Positions 8,021 through 19,367 of a stretch of DNA of 32,000 bases are shown here, piece by piece (the stretch's first letter is position 1; each line of letters starts with the position of its first letter). Both the position numbers and the translations under genes were made by a program. The stretch is from Pseudodesulfovibrio mercurii (lineage in GTDB: Bacteria; Desulfobacterota; Desulfovibrionia; Desulfovibrionales; Desulfovibrionaceae). A model generated the notes under the pieces. The model did no database searches and was not told the origin of the DNA. It saw only the letters and a list, made by a program, of their open reading frames with translations. The stretch spans positions 990,001 through 1,022,000 of the forward strand of contig NC_016803.1 of NCBI RefSeq assembly GCF_000189295.2, given 5' to 3'.

Positions 8021-10369
8021 CTAGAAGGTTTGCTTGAACAGGTCGTCGTCCGACGCCGGGGCCTCTCCGTTGTCGCCGTAGGGACGGGACGTCTCCGTGG
8101 GCTCGGAGCCCACCTTGAACGGCAGGAAGAACTCCTCGGCGGAGGACGGCGAAGCCAGCTTGCCGGTCTTCCCGTCCACCTTGACCATAACGATTCCCGG
8201 CGGCTGGGTGAAGTCCTCGTAGGGATAGTCGTTCTCCACCTGCTTGCGGTAGTCCACCCAGATGGGCGAGGCCGCCCGCGAGCCGGTCTCCCACTTGCCC
8301 ATGGGGGTCAGCTCGTCGAAGCCCACGTACACGCCGGTCAGCAGGTACGGGGCGTAGCCCATGAACCAGGCATCCTGCTCCAAGTTCGAGGTGCCGGTCT
8401 TGCCCGCCACGGGCCGTCCCAGGATCTTGGCCCGCCAGCCGGTGCCGTTCTGGACCACCTGCTTCATGAGCGTGGCCATGATGTAGGCGGTCTGCGGGCT
8501 GATGGCGTCCACGGTCTCGGGCTTGGAGGCATACAGCTCGTCGCCCCAGGCGGACTTCACGGACAGGACCGTGCGCGGCTTGATGTAGGAGCCGCCGCGC
8601 GGGAAGGTGGTGTAGGCCTCGCAGAGATTGATGGGCGTGACCACGGCCGAGCCGAGGGACACGGACAGATCGGCCGGGAAGTCGGACTCCAGACCCATGG
8701 CCTTGGCCCGATCGATGATGGTCCGGATGCCGATCTTCTGGGCGATGCGGATGGTGCACAGGTTCTTGGACTGGACCAGGGCGGTGCGCAGCAGGGTCGG
8801 GCCGTCGAAGGTGCCCTCGAAGTTCTCGGGCCGCCAAAGCTTGCCCTCGGCGTCGTTGGCGTAGACGATGGGCGCATCGAGCACGATGGACGCGGCGGTG
8901 AAGCCGTTGTCGATGGCCGCGGAATAGACGATGGGCTTGAAGGCCGAACCGGGCTGCCGCCGGGCCTGGGTGGCCCGGTTGAACTGGCTCCGGGCGAACG
9001 AATAGCCGCCCACCAGGGCCACGACCTCGCCGGTGTCGGGCTTGACGGAGACCAGGGCGCCCTCCACCTGGGGCTCGCGCTCCAGGTCGAGAATCCAGGT
9101 GCCCTCCTCCTTTTTCGGGGCCTGGGCCACGGTCACCCAGACCACGTCGCCCTTCTTGAGGACCTTGCGGGCGTCGGTCGGGTCGGCCACGTCCTCATGG
9201 CTCTTCTTGGGGTCGGGCTCGCGCACCCACCACATGGCCTTCAGGGGAATCTCCCCCTGGAACTTGCCGAAATGGACGAAGGCCCGGTCCTGGGCGACCT
9301 TGGTCACGAAGGCCTTGAGGAGCTGGTCCTTCTCCAGGATGTTGTCGGTGGTCTGCGGGCCCTCCGCCAGGACGGCCGGTTCGTCGGCCGGGGTGAAGTG
9401 GCCGATGGGCCCGGTCCAGCCGCGCCGCTTGGCCGAGTCGATGAGCCCGCGCCGGAGCGCCTTCTCGGCGGCCGCCTGGTGCGTGAGGTCGCACGGGGTG
9501 GTCACGGTCAGGCCGCCGTTGTAGACCTCGTCCTCGCCGAACTGGTCCACGAGCCAGCGGCGGACCTCCTCCAGATAGTACGCGCCCACCTGCCAGGACG
9601 GGTCATCCATGGACTTGAGCGCCACGGACTCGACCAGGGCCGCCTGGTACTGCTCGTCGGTGATCCAGCCGAGGTTGCGCATCTGGCCCAGGACGTACTC
9701 CTGGCGCTGCCGGGCCAGCTCCGGGCTCTGGTACGGGTTGTAGCGCGACGGGGCCTGGGGCAACCCCGCGATCATGGCCGCCTCGGCGATGGTCAGGTCC
9801 TTGGCGTGCTTGGCGAAATAGGTGCGGGAGGCGGCCTCCACGCCGTAGGAGTGCTGGCCCAGGAAGATGTGGTTCAGGTAGATGGTCAGAATCTCTTCCT
9901 TGGTCAGGTAGTTCTCCAGGCGGAAGGCGAGGATGGCCTCCTTGAGCTTGCGCTTGTAGCTGCGCTCGGAGGTCAGGAGCAGCCGCTTGATGATCTGCTG
10001 GGTGATGGTCGAGCCGCCCTGCTTGGTGCGTCCGGCCATGAGATTGGCCTTGAAGGCGCGGACGATGGCGGTCAGGTCCACGCCGTCGTGCTCGTAGAAG
10101 GAGGCGTCCTCGGCGGCCAGGAAGGCCTTGGGAATCCACGGGCTCATCTGGTCCAGGGTGACCAGGAACCGCTTCTCCTTGTAGAAATAGCCCAGCACCT
10201 TGTCGTCCTTGGCGTAGACCGTGGTCACCAGGGGCGGCTTGTAGTCGGTGATGTTCTTGAAGCCGGGCAGGTCCTGGGAGGCCCAATGATAGAGCCAGAC
10301 GGCCCCGCCGATGCCCGCGAGGGTGCAGATGAGAACGAATATACCGAATATCTTGAGGAATTTCTTCAT
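8021..10369 (-). CDS. mrcA: Class A penicillin-binding protein 1A (glycosyltransferase + transpeptidase)
   Basis: 782 aa with an N-terminal TM anchor, GT51 motifs EDASFYEHDGVD and RKLKEA, and transpeptidase motifs SAFK, SKN and KTGTS. Confidence 0.95.
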   Translation of the reverse strand: MKKFLKIFGIFVLICTLAGIGGAVWLYHWASQDLPGFKNITDYKPPLVTTVYAKDDKVLGYFYKEKRFLVTLDQMSPWIPKAFLAAEDASFYEHDGVDLTAIVRAFKANLMAGRTKQGGSTITQQIIKRLLLTSERSYKRKLKEAILAFRLENYLTKEEILTIYLNHIFLGQHSYGVEAASRTYFAKHAKDLTIAEAAMIAGLPQAPSRYNPYQSPELARQRQEYVLGQMRNLGWITDEQYQAALVESVALKSMDDPSWQVGAYYLEEVRRWLVDQFGEDEVYNGGLTVTTPCDLTHQAAAEKALRRGLIDSAKRRGWTGPIGHFTPADEPAVLAEGPQTTDNILEKDQLLKAFVTKVAQDRAFVHFGKFQGEIPLKAMWWVREPDPKKSHEDVADPTDARKVLKKGDVVWVTVAQAPKKEEGTWILDLEREPQVEGALVSVKPDTGEVVALVGGYSFARSQFNRATQARRQPGSAFKPIVYSAAIDNGFTAASIVLDAPIVYANDAEGKLWRPENFEGTFDGPTLLRTALVQSKNLCTIRIAQKIGIRTIIDRAKAMGLESDFPADLSVSLGSAVVTPINLCEAYTTFPRGGSYIKPRTVLSVKSAWGDELYASKPETVDAISPQTAYIMATLMKQVVQNGTGWRAKILGRPVAGKTGTSNLEQDAWFMGYAPYLLTGVYVGFDELTPMGKWETGSRAASPIWVDYRKQVENDYPYEDFTQPPGIVMVKVDGKTGKLASPSSAEEFFLPFKVGSEPTETSRPYGDNGEAPASDDDLFKQTF

Positions 10370-10379
10370 ATGCCATCCA

Positions 10380-10943
10380 TCAGAAGGTTTTCTTGACCGG
10401 GTTGGCGCCCTTGGTCGGAGGCAGCCCCCAGACCAGACGCAGCCGCCCGTACAAATCCTTCACGGTCGCCTTGTTGGTGTCAAGGAGGTCGAGTATCCGC
10501 GCCAGGGTGCCCCCTTCCCGCCTGGCCAGGCAGGTGGGGGTGTCGAAATGCGTGACCGTACGCCCGGCCATCCAGAATGGAAACAGGCGGCAGTAATAGG
10601 GCCGGGCCTCCTGCGGAATCTCGCAGCCCAGCGGACCGAGGAAACGGCACGCGCCCATGGAGTCCACGGCCAGCCGGAAGTGTTCCTTGCCCTCGGGAAA
10701 GATGCGCCGGACCTCCTCCTCTTCGCCGGGGAAGAGGCGGCAGGCGTAGTCGATAAAGGCCTTGGAGTTGGACGAGAGCACGAACCCGCCGGTGTACGGC
10801 ACCAGTTCCTGGATGCGCTCCTTCTCGATCTGGGACAGGGGGAAGCAGAACTCCTCCTGACCCGAGGAGATGCGGCAGCAGGTCGGCCCCTGGAAGGAGC
10901 AGCGCCTGCACACGTCCGCGTCGTCGGTCCGGGTCGGGGTCAT
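10380..10943 (-). CDS. YkgJ-family Cys-cluster (zinc/iron-chelating, CxxCxxCC-type) protein
   Basis: 187 aa, MTPTRTDDADVCRRCSFQGPTCCRIS...CRFLGPLGCEIPQEARPYYCRLFPF. This is the pattern of UPF0153/YkgJ proteins. Its ATG overlaps the kdsD-like stop (ATGA, 10940-10943). Confidence 0.7.
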   Translation of the reverse strand: MTPTRTDDADVCRRCSFQGPTCCRISSGQEEFCFPLSQIEKERIQELVPYTGGFVLSSNSKAFIDYACRLFPGEEEEVRRIFPEGKEHFRLAVDSMGACRFLGPLGCEIPQEARPYYCRLFPFWMAGRTVTHFDTPTCLARREGGTLARILDLLDTNKATVKDLYGRLRLVWGLPPTKGANPVKKTF

Positions 10944-11956
10944 CGGGCGGCGCCCCCGCCGTTGTTGCCCGCGAACTTGAGTTCGCCCTTGCCGAGCAGG
11001 TCGTGCAGATGGACCATGCCCGCCAGCCGCCCGTCGTCGCGGACCACGGGCAGGACGGTGATCTGGCTGCGCTCCATGAGGTCGAGCACCCCGGCCGAGG
11101 ACTCCCCGGCCGTGGCCCTTCGCGGCGACACGGTCATGACCTCGCGCACGGGCCGGGCCGTGTCCAGCTCCCCGGCGCAGACCAGGCGGCGCACGTCGCC
11201 GTCGGTGAGCACGCCCTTGAGGCGGTCCAGGGCATCGACCACGGCCACCAGGCCGAGGCCGCCCTTGTTCAGGGTGGACAGGGCCGCGTCGAGCCCGGCG
11301 TCCTCCAGGACCACGGGCAGCCCGTCGGTGTGCATGAGCTGGTCCACGCAGGTGGCCAGCCGCTGGCCGAGGGACCCGCCCGGATGAAAGCGCTTGAAGT
11401 CGTCCTTGCCGAAGGACTTCCAGTCCATGAGGCAGACGGCCAGGGCGTCGCCCACGGCCAGCTGCGCGGTGGTCGAGGAGGTCGGGGCCAGCCCCATGCG
11501 GCACGCCTCGCGCGGCACGTGGACCAGGATGTGGATATCGGCCAGCCCGGCCATGGGCGAGGCCGGGTCCGAGGTCATGGCGATGACCTTCGCCCCCAGG
11601 GACTTGAGGGTGGGCAGGATGGCGTTGACCTCGTCCGTGGCCCCGGAATTGGACAGGGCCAGGATGACGTCCTCGTCGCGGATCATGCCCAGGTCGCCGT
11701 GGGCCCCCTCCACCGGGTGGAGAAAGAAGGACGGCGTGCCCGTGGAGGACAGGGTGGCCGCGATCTTGCGGCCCACCAGCCCGGACTTGCCCAGGCCGGT
11801 GACGACCACGCGGCCCGTGCACTTCGCCATGGCGGTCAGGGCCTCGACAAAGGCCCCGTCCAGTTGGTCGTGCACGGCCCTGAGCCCCTCGGCCTCGATG
11901 TCCAGGACCTCGCGGGCCAGGGCCAGCCAGTCCTTGCGCTCGGATGTGCGTGCCAT
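10940..11956 (-). CDS. kdsD: KpsF/GutQ-family arabinose-5-phosphate isomerase (SIS + tandem CBS)
   Basis: 338 aa with SIS motif VVVTGLGKSGLVGRKIAATLSSTGTPSFFLHP and two C-terminal CBS repeats. GGGAGAA RBS upstream. Confidence 0.9.
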   Translation of the reverse strand: MARTSERKDWLALAREVLDIEAEGLRAVHDQLDGAFVEALTAMAKCTGRVVVTGLGKSGLVGRKIAATLSSTGTPSFFLHPVEGAHGDLGMIRDEDVILALSNSGATDEVNAILPTLKSLGAKVIAMTSDPASPMAGLADIHILVHVPREACRMGLAPTSSTTAQLAVGDALAVCLMDWKSFGKDDFKRFHPGGSLGQRLATCVDQLMHTDGLPVVLEDAGLDAALSTLNKGGLGLVAVVDALDRLKGVLTDGDVRRLVCAGELDTARPVREVMTVSPRRATAGESSAGVLDLMERSQITVLPVVRDDGRLAGMVHLHDLLGKGELKFAGNNGGGAAR

Positions 11957-12079
11957 GCTTCGTTCTCCCGAATATGAACCGGCGGGGACGAAAAAACGTC
12001 CCCTTTCCGGCGGGCGGCCCTTACGCCACCCTTGCCCGGCTCGCGTCCCGAGGGACGCCGGGCGTTGATGATTCGCGGC

Positions 12080-13492
12080 CTAGCAGAATTCCTTGATGAT
12101 CCCAGGCGTGGCCTCCAGGCAGTCCTTGCCCATGCGGTCGGACAGGGGCACCGGGTAGTTGCCGTCGAAGCAGGCCAGGCACCACTCGTCCTGGGTCACG
12201 GAGTCGAGCAGGCCGGGGATGGACAGGTAGTGCAGGGAGTCCAGGCCCATGAATCGGGCGATGTCCTCCACCGAATTGTTGGCCGCGATGAGCTCGCCCT
12301 TGGAGGAGAAATCGATGCCGTAGAAGCAGGGGAACTTGATGGGCGGGCAGCTGACCCGCAGGTGAATCTCCCGCGCGCCCAGCTCGCGCAGCTTCTTGAC
12401 GCGCGCCCGGATGGTCGTGCCGCGCACGATGGAGTCCTCGATGATGATGATCCGTTTGCCCTGGATCATGGACTTGACCGGGTTGAGCTTCACCCGGACC
12501 GAGAAGTCGCGCATATCCTGGGAGGGCTGGATGAAGGTCCGGCCCACGTAGTGGTTGCGGATCATGGCCAGCTCCAGCGGCAGGCCGGACTCCTGGGAGT
12601 AGCCCACGGCCGCATAGTTGCCCGAGTCCGGGAACGGCATGACCAGGTCCGCGTCCACCGGGGCCTCCTTGGCCAGCATGACGCCCATGGCCTTGCGCCG
12701 CTCGTAGACCACGTCGCCGAAGATGTGCGAGTCGGGGCGGGCGAAGTAGATGAGCTCGAAGATGCACTTGCTGCACCGGATGGGCTCGGCGAAGCGCTGG
12801 GAGGTGAGCTTGTTCTTGTGGACGACGACCATCTCGCCTGGGTCCAGCGGACGGAGGTAGTCGGCCTCCACCAGATCGAAGGCGCAGGTCTCGGAGGCGA
12901 ACACGTAGTTGCCCCCCACCCGGCCGAGCACCAGGGGCCGGAACCCGTTGGGGTCCTTGACCGCGATCATCTTGTCGTTGGCCAGGATGAGTATGGAGTA
13001 GGCCCCGCGCACCCGGTTGCAGGCCTTGCCCACGGCCTCCTCGATGGTCTCGGACTCGTGCAGGTACTTGATGATCAGGTGGGCGAAGACCTCGGTGTCC
13101 ATGGTGGTCTGGAAGATGGACCCGTTGGCCTCCAGCTCCTTGCGCAGCTCGTAGGTGTTGACCAGGTTGCCGTTGTGGGCCACGGCCAGGCGCAGGTCGC
13201 CGTGACGGACCAGGAACGGCTGGGCGTTGCGGATAAGCGACGCGCCCGTGGTGGAATAGCGGATGTGGCCCATGGCGATGGTGCCCTTGAGCTCCTTGCC
13301 CAGGTGCCGTTCGTTGAACACGTCGGCCACCAGGCCCATGCCCTTCTGCTCACGAATCTTTTCGCCGTCCCAGGTAACGATGCCCGCGGACTCCTGGCCG
13401 CGATGCTGCAACGCGTACAGACCGAAATAGGTCATGCGCGCCGCCTCCTTGTTGCCGTAGATGCCGAAAAGACCGCAATACTCTTTTTTCAT
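12080..13492 (-). CDS. purF: Amidophosphoribosyltransferase
   Basis: 470 aa. MKKEYCGLFGIYG has the Ntn catalytic Cys after a short propeptide, followed by LQHRGQESAGI, a PRTase motif region and C-terminal Cys residues of the Fe-S type. Confidence 0.95.
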   Translation of the reverse strand: MKKEYCGLFGIYGNKEAARMTYFGLYALQHRGQESAGIVTWDGEKIREQKGMGLVADVFNERHLGKELKGTIAMGHIRYSTTGASLIRNAQPFLVRHGDLRLAVAHNGNLVNTYELRKELEANGSIFQTTMDTEVFAHLIIKYLHESETIEEAVGKACNRVRGAYSILILANDKMIAVKDPNGFRPLVLGRVGGNYVFASETCAFDLVEADYLRPLDPGEMVVVHKNKLTSQRFAEPIRCSKCIFELIYFARPDSHIFGDVVYERRKAMGVMLAKEAPVDADLVMPFPDSGNYAAVGYSQESGLPLELAMIRNHYVGRTFIQPSQDMRDFSVRVKLNPVKSMIQGKRIIIIEDSIVRGTTIRARVKKLRELGAREIHLRVSCPPIKFPCFYGIDFSSKGELIAANNSVEDIARFMGLDSLHYLSIPGLLDSVTQDEWCLACFDGNYPVPLSDRMGKDCLEATPGIIKEFC

Positions 13493-13519
13493 GAAGACTC
13501 TCTCATTGTCGGCTGTTCT

Positions 13520-16753
<3,234 letters not shown>

Positions 16754-17009
16754 TCTGCTCGAAGTAGTTGAAGTTACGGCGGTATTCGGAAGGGGCGTGT
16801 ACGCCTCCCCTCCCCGCCCGGCTCGGCACCGCCGCCGCCCGCCGGACAAGCAATCTTTATTATAAGGTTATCCCCCGAAAGGCAATGCTTATGTACCGCC
16901 GGGCCCGGCTTCCGGGGCATATGCCTTCCTCGGAGGGAATGGCCCTCTCCCGGACCATAATCATTCGACGCCGGATGTCGAGCAACAGCCGAAAGATCGC
17001 AGTTTCCCG

Positions 17010-17045
17010 TTGACAGGGACGAAGTTGATACTTACTCTCAACTTC
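17010..17045 (+). promoter_or_regulatory. Candidate sigma-70 promoter with an embedded 8-N9-8 palindromic operator upstream of feoA
   Basis: TTGACA (17010-17015), a 17-nt spacer, then TACTCT (17033-17038). The perfect inverted repeat GAAGTTGA (17021-17028) / TCAACTTC (17038-17045) spans the spacer and the -10. GAGGGA RBS lies at 17058-17063. Confidence 0.35.
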
Positions 17046-17073
17046 AACGCTAACCTTGAGGGAAAGTTCAGCG

Positions 17074-17355
17074 ATGCAAAAGCCTTTGACCGAATTTCCG
17101 ACTGGATCAGTAGTACGTATTTCCGGTATAGACGGCGGCCGTCAGGCGCGGGCGCGGATGCTGGCCATGGGCATGACGCCGGGATGCCCGGTGACCGTTC
17201 TGACGGGCGGCCCCAACGGGTGCCGGGTGCGCGTGCGCGGCTCGGACGTGGTGCTGTGCTGCGGCCTGGCCGGCAAGATCCTGGCCGTGCCCGACGAGTC
17301 CGACGAGGGTCCCCGTTGCACCTGCTGCCCCGGCCCGCGCGCCAGGGCCTCCTAG
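17074..17355 (+). CDS. feoA: FeoA-domain protein (orphan, with a Cys-rich C-terminal tail)
   Basis: 93 aa from MQKPLTEFPTGSVVRISGIDGGRQARARMLAMGMTPGCPVTVL...VRVRGSDVVLCCGLAGKILAV, the FeoA SH3-like pattern. The tail is DEGPRCTCCPGP. I prefer the ATG at 17074 over the TTG at 17056 because of RBS spacing. Confidence 0.8.
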   Translation: MQKPLTEFPTGSVVRISGIDGGRQARARMLAMGMTPGCPVTVLTGGPNGCRVRVRGSDVVLCCGLAGKILAVPDESDEGPRCTCCPGPRARAS

Positions 17356-17382
17356 CCCTCCCCTCCCCCGACGATCCTTCGA

Positions 17383-17409
17383 GGCCGCCCCCTTCGGGCG
17401 GCCTTTTTT
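17383..17409 (+). terminator. Rho-independent terminator of feoA
   Basis: Stem GGCCGCCC (17383-17390) / GGGCGGCC (17396-17403), 5-nt loop, followed by TTTTTT (17404-17409). Confidence 0.8.
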
Positions 17410-17490
17410 CGGCCCGCGCCGACCAGCCATTATACTTGTTCGCCGCCGTCCGGCGGTGCTAGTCTTGCGGAAACATCCGGAGGTTTACTC

Positions 17491-18447
17491 ATGTCCGATC
17501 CGATCAAAATCGGCATCAGCGCCTGCCTGGCCGGGCAGAAGGTCCGCTACGACGGCCTGGCCGCCCGCGCGGAGCACCTGAACGGCGTTCTGGCGGACCA
17601 CCTGGAATTCCACCCTGTCTGCCCGGAGGTCGCCTGCGGCATGGGCATCCCCAGGGAAGCGGTGCGGCTGGTCGGTTCCCCGGAGAACCCCCGGCTCAAG
17701 GGCAACAGGACCGGCCGCGACTGGACCGACGCCATGCGCGAATGGGCCGAGGGGTTCCTGCCCGAGATGGAAAAGGCCGGGCTGTGCGGATTCATCTTCA
17801 AGGCCAAGTCGCCGTCGAGCGGAATCGGCCGGGTCAAGGTCTACCCCGAATCCGGCGGCCAACCCATAAGCCGTGCGGGCGTCGGGCTGTTCGCGTCCAT
17901 GGTCATGGAGCGGTTCCCCCTGCTGCCCGTGGAGGACGACGGGCGTATGCACGACGTGGGGCTGCGGGCCAATTTCATCGAACGCGTCTTCACCGAACAC
18001 CGCTGGCGCCGGTTCCTGGACCAGGGGCCGACCCTGGGCGGGCTCATCCGATTCCACTCCCGGCACAAGATGCTTATCCGCGCCCACGACGTCACCGGCT
18101 ATCGCGAACTGGGCAAGCTGGTGGCCCAGGGCAAGGGAATGGACCTGAACGTCCTGCTCACCCGCTATCACGAACGGCTGGCCCGGACCATGGCGCGCAT
18201 GCCCACGGTGCGCAAGAACGTGGACGTGCTCATGCACATCCTGGGCTACTTCAAGAAGCTGCTGTCCCCCGACGAGAAACAGGAGTGCCTGGAGATCATC
18301 GAAAACTACCGCAAGGAACTGGTCCCGCTCATCGTGCCGGTCACCCTGTTCAACCACTACGTGCGCAAGTACGACCTCCCCTATCTCCGGGAGCAGTACT
18401 ATCTCAACCCGCACCCCCTGGACCTCAAACTGCGCAACCATGCCTGA
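17491..18447 (+). CDS. DUF523 (TudS-like Fe-S) + DUF1722 (YbgA-like) fusion protein
   Basis: 318 aa. The N-terminal half IGISACLAGQKVRYDG...PVCPEVACGMGIPR resembles DUF523. The C-terminal half RFHSRHKMLIRAH...YRELGKLV...HILGYFKK resembles E. coli YbgA. GGAGG lies 7 nt upstream of the ATG. Confidence 0.75.
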   Translation: MSDPIKIGISACLAGQKVRYDGLAARAEHLNGVLADHLEFHPVCPEVACGMGIPREAVRLVGSPENPRLKGNRTGRDWTDAMREWAEGFLPEMEKAGLCGFIFKAKSPSSGIGRVKVYPESGGQPISRAGVGLFASMVMERFPLLPVEDDGRMHDVGLRANFIERVFTEHRWRRFLDQGPTLGGLIRFHSRHKMLIRAHDVTGYRELGKLVAQGKGMDLNVLLTRYHERLARTMARMPTVRKNVDVLMHILGYFKKLLSPDEKQECLEIIENYRKELVPLIVPVTLFNHYVRKYDLPYLREQYYLNPHPLDLKLRNHA

Positions 18448-18453
18448 ATGCAG

Positions 18454-18490
18454 AAAGCCCCCGCGACCTCGGTCGCGGGGGCTTTCTTTC
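18454..18490. terminator. Bidirectional terminator between convergent genes
   Basis: AAAGCCCCCGCGACCTCGGTCGCGGGGGCTTTCTTT: a ~12-bp G/C stem (18457-18482) flanked by an A-run and a T-rich run. Confidence 0.75.
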
Positions 18491-18507
18491 CAACGAAATA
18501 TCGCGGC

Positions 18508-19290
18508 CTAGGAAAAGGCCGAGTGTTCGGGCTCCAGGCACAGGCGCACGCCCTTGACGTCGCCGCCGCCGGCCAGCCAGGCCCGCAGCATCTCCCGGTT
18601 GCGGAAGACCACCGGATGCGGGCAGCCGTAACCGGCCTGATCCAGCAACCCGGCCGCCTGGTCGGGATAGTGCTTGGCCGCCGACAGGCAGGCCAACAGA
18701 TTCAGGCACAGCTCGTTCAGGGGGAAGCGCAGGGTCATGGCCTTGCCCAGGGGCAGCATCACGTCGGACAGCCGCCCGGCCCGGAAATAGGCCACGGCCA
18801 GATCGAACTGGGCCGAATGCAGCCCCGCCAGCCGCTGGGCGATGTCCTCGCGCTCGGCCACGGTGTAGCTGATCCGCTCGGCCGCATAGGACGTGCCGTC
18901 CAGGTTGCGGATGCGCACGTCGAAGCCGAACCGCCGGGCCCAGAACAGCCCCTCCACGGCCTCGTCCGGATCGAGCCGCATGTCCACCCGCTGGCAGCCC
19001 GCCAGCCGCATGGCCTTGAACAGCCCGTCCGTGGGCACCGTGTCCAGCCGGGCGCTCCACAACACGTTCAGATCGCGCACGCGCATGTCCAGACACATGT
19101 CCACCACCCGCCCGTGGTCCGTGAACATGGCCGGGTCCTCGAAGGCCAGGGCGCGCAATCCCCGCTCGGCCACCACGCGCTCCACCTCGTCCAGATTCCA
19201 GCTCCGGTCGAAGCGGACCACGCCGTGCGCAAAGGGAGTGTCCCGTTCCTCGCCCCACTCGGGCATTATGGTTCGCAATTCGACGCGCAT
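18508..19290 (-). CDS. Hypothetical protein; resembles the distal half of a radical-SAM barrel plus a helical tail, without the CX3CX2C motif
   Basis: 260 aa from MRVELRTIMPEWG (ATG at 19290, GAGGGAG RBS 4-5 nt upstream). Segment RFDRSWNLDEVERVVAERGLRALAFEDPAMFTDHGRVVDMC...LWSARLDTVPTDGLFKAMRLAGCQRVDM resembles the region that normally follows the Cys motif in B12-binding radical-SAM enzymes. The track ORF extension to 19569 runs through repeat DNA. Confidence 0.55.
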   Translation of the reverse strand: MRVELRTIMPEWGEERDTPFAHGVVRFDRSWNLDEVERVVAERGLRALAFEDPAMFTDHGRVVDMCLDMRVRDLNVLWSARLDTVPTDGLFKAMRLAGCQRVDMRLDPDEAVEGLFWARRFGFDVRIRNLDGTSYAAERISYTVAEREDIAQRLAGLHSAQFDLAVAYFRAGRLSDVMLPLGKAMTLRFPLNELCLNLLACLSAAKHYPDQAAGLLDQAGYGCPHPVVFRNREMLRAWLAGGGDVKGVRLCLEPEHSAFS

Positions 19291-19344
19291 ACGCTCCCTC
19301 GGCCGTCCGTTTTTTGACGCTTCGGACGCTCCTACCGGCGACTT

Positions 19345-19360
19345 TGCAAACACTTTGCCA
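19345..19360 (-). promoter_or_regulatory. Candidate sigma-54 (-24/-12) promoter
   Basis: The minus strand reads TGGCAAAGTGTTTGCA, matching the consensus TGGCAC-N5-TTGCA, with GG and GC exactly 12 nt apart. It lies ~55 nt upstream of the ATG at 19290. Confidence 0.5.
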
Positions 19361-19367
19361 AGTGAAG

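Noticed and set aside
8004-8837. The N-terminal extension of the PhzF ORF (track ORF 7221..8837, 538 aa).
   Set aside because: The extension overlaps the 3' end of PBP1A in another frame and is Arg/Pro-rich. PhzF similarity begins exactly at MELDLYQVDAF, which has a GGAGGG RBS.
11984-12003. Hairpin GGGGACG-AAAAAA-CGTCCCC between purF and kdsD, considered as the purF terminator.
   Set aside because: On the minus strand the U-run sits in the loop rather than after the stem. It therefore does not fit a canonical intrinsic terminator, and purF-kdsD read-through cannot be excluded.
16754-16849. N-terminal extensions of carB (to 16849), murA (to 29651), the HDOD gene (to 25362), the MCP (to 6713) and the hypothetical gene (to 19569).
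   Set aside because: In each case the family-typical N-terminus starts at an internal ATG with a better RBS. The murA extension would read through tRNA-His. The hypothetical-gene extension reads through repeat DNA.
17021-17045. The feoA operator palindrome considered as a Fur box.
   Set aside because: GAAGTTGATACTTACTCTCAACTTC shares no meaningful similarity with the 19-bp Fur consensus GATAATGATAATCATTATC. It is kept only as an operator for an unidentified regulator.
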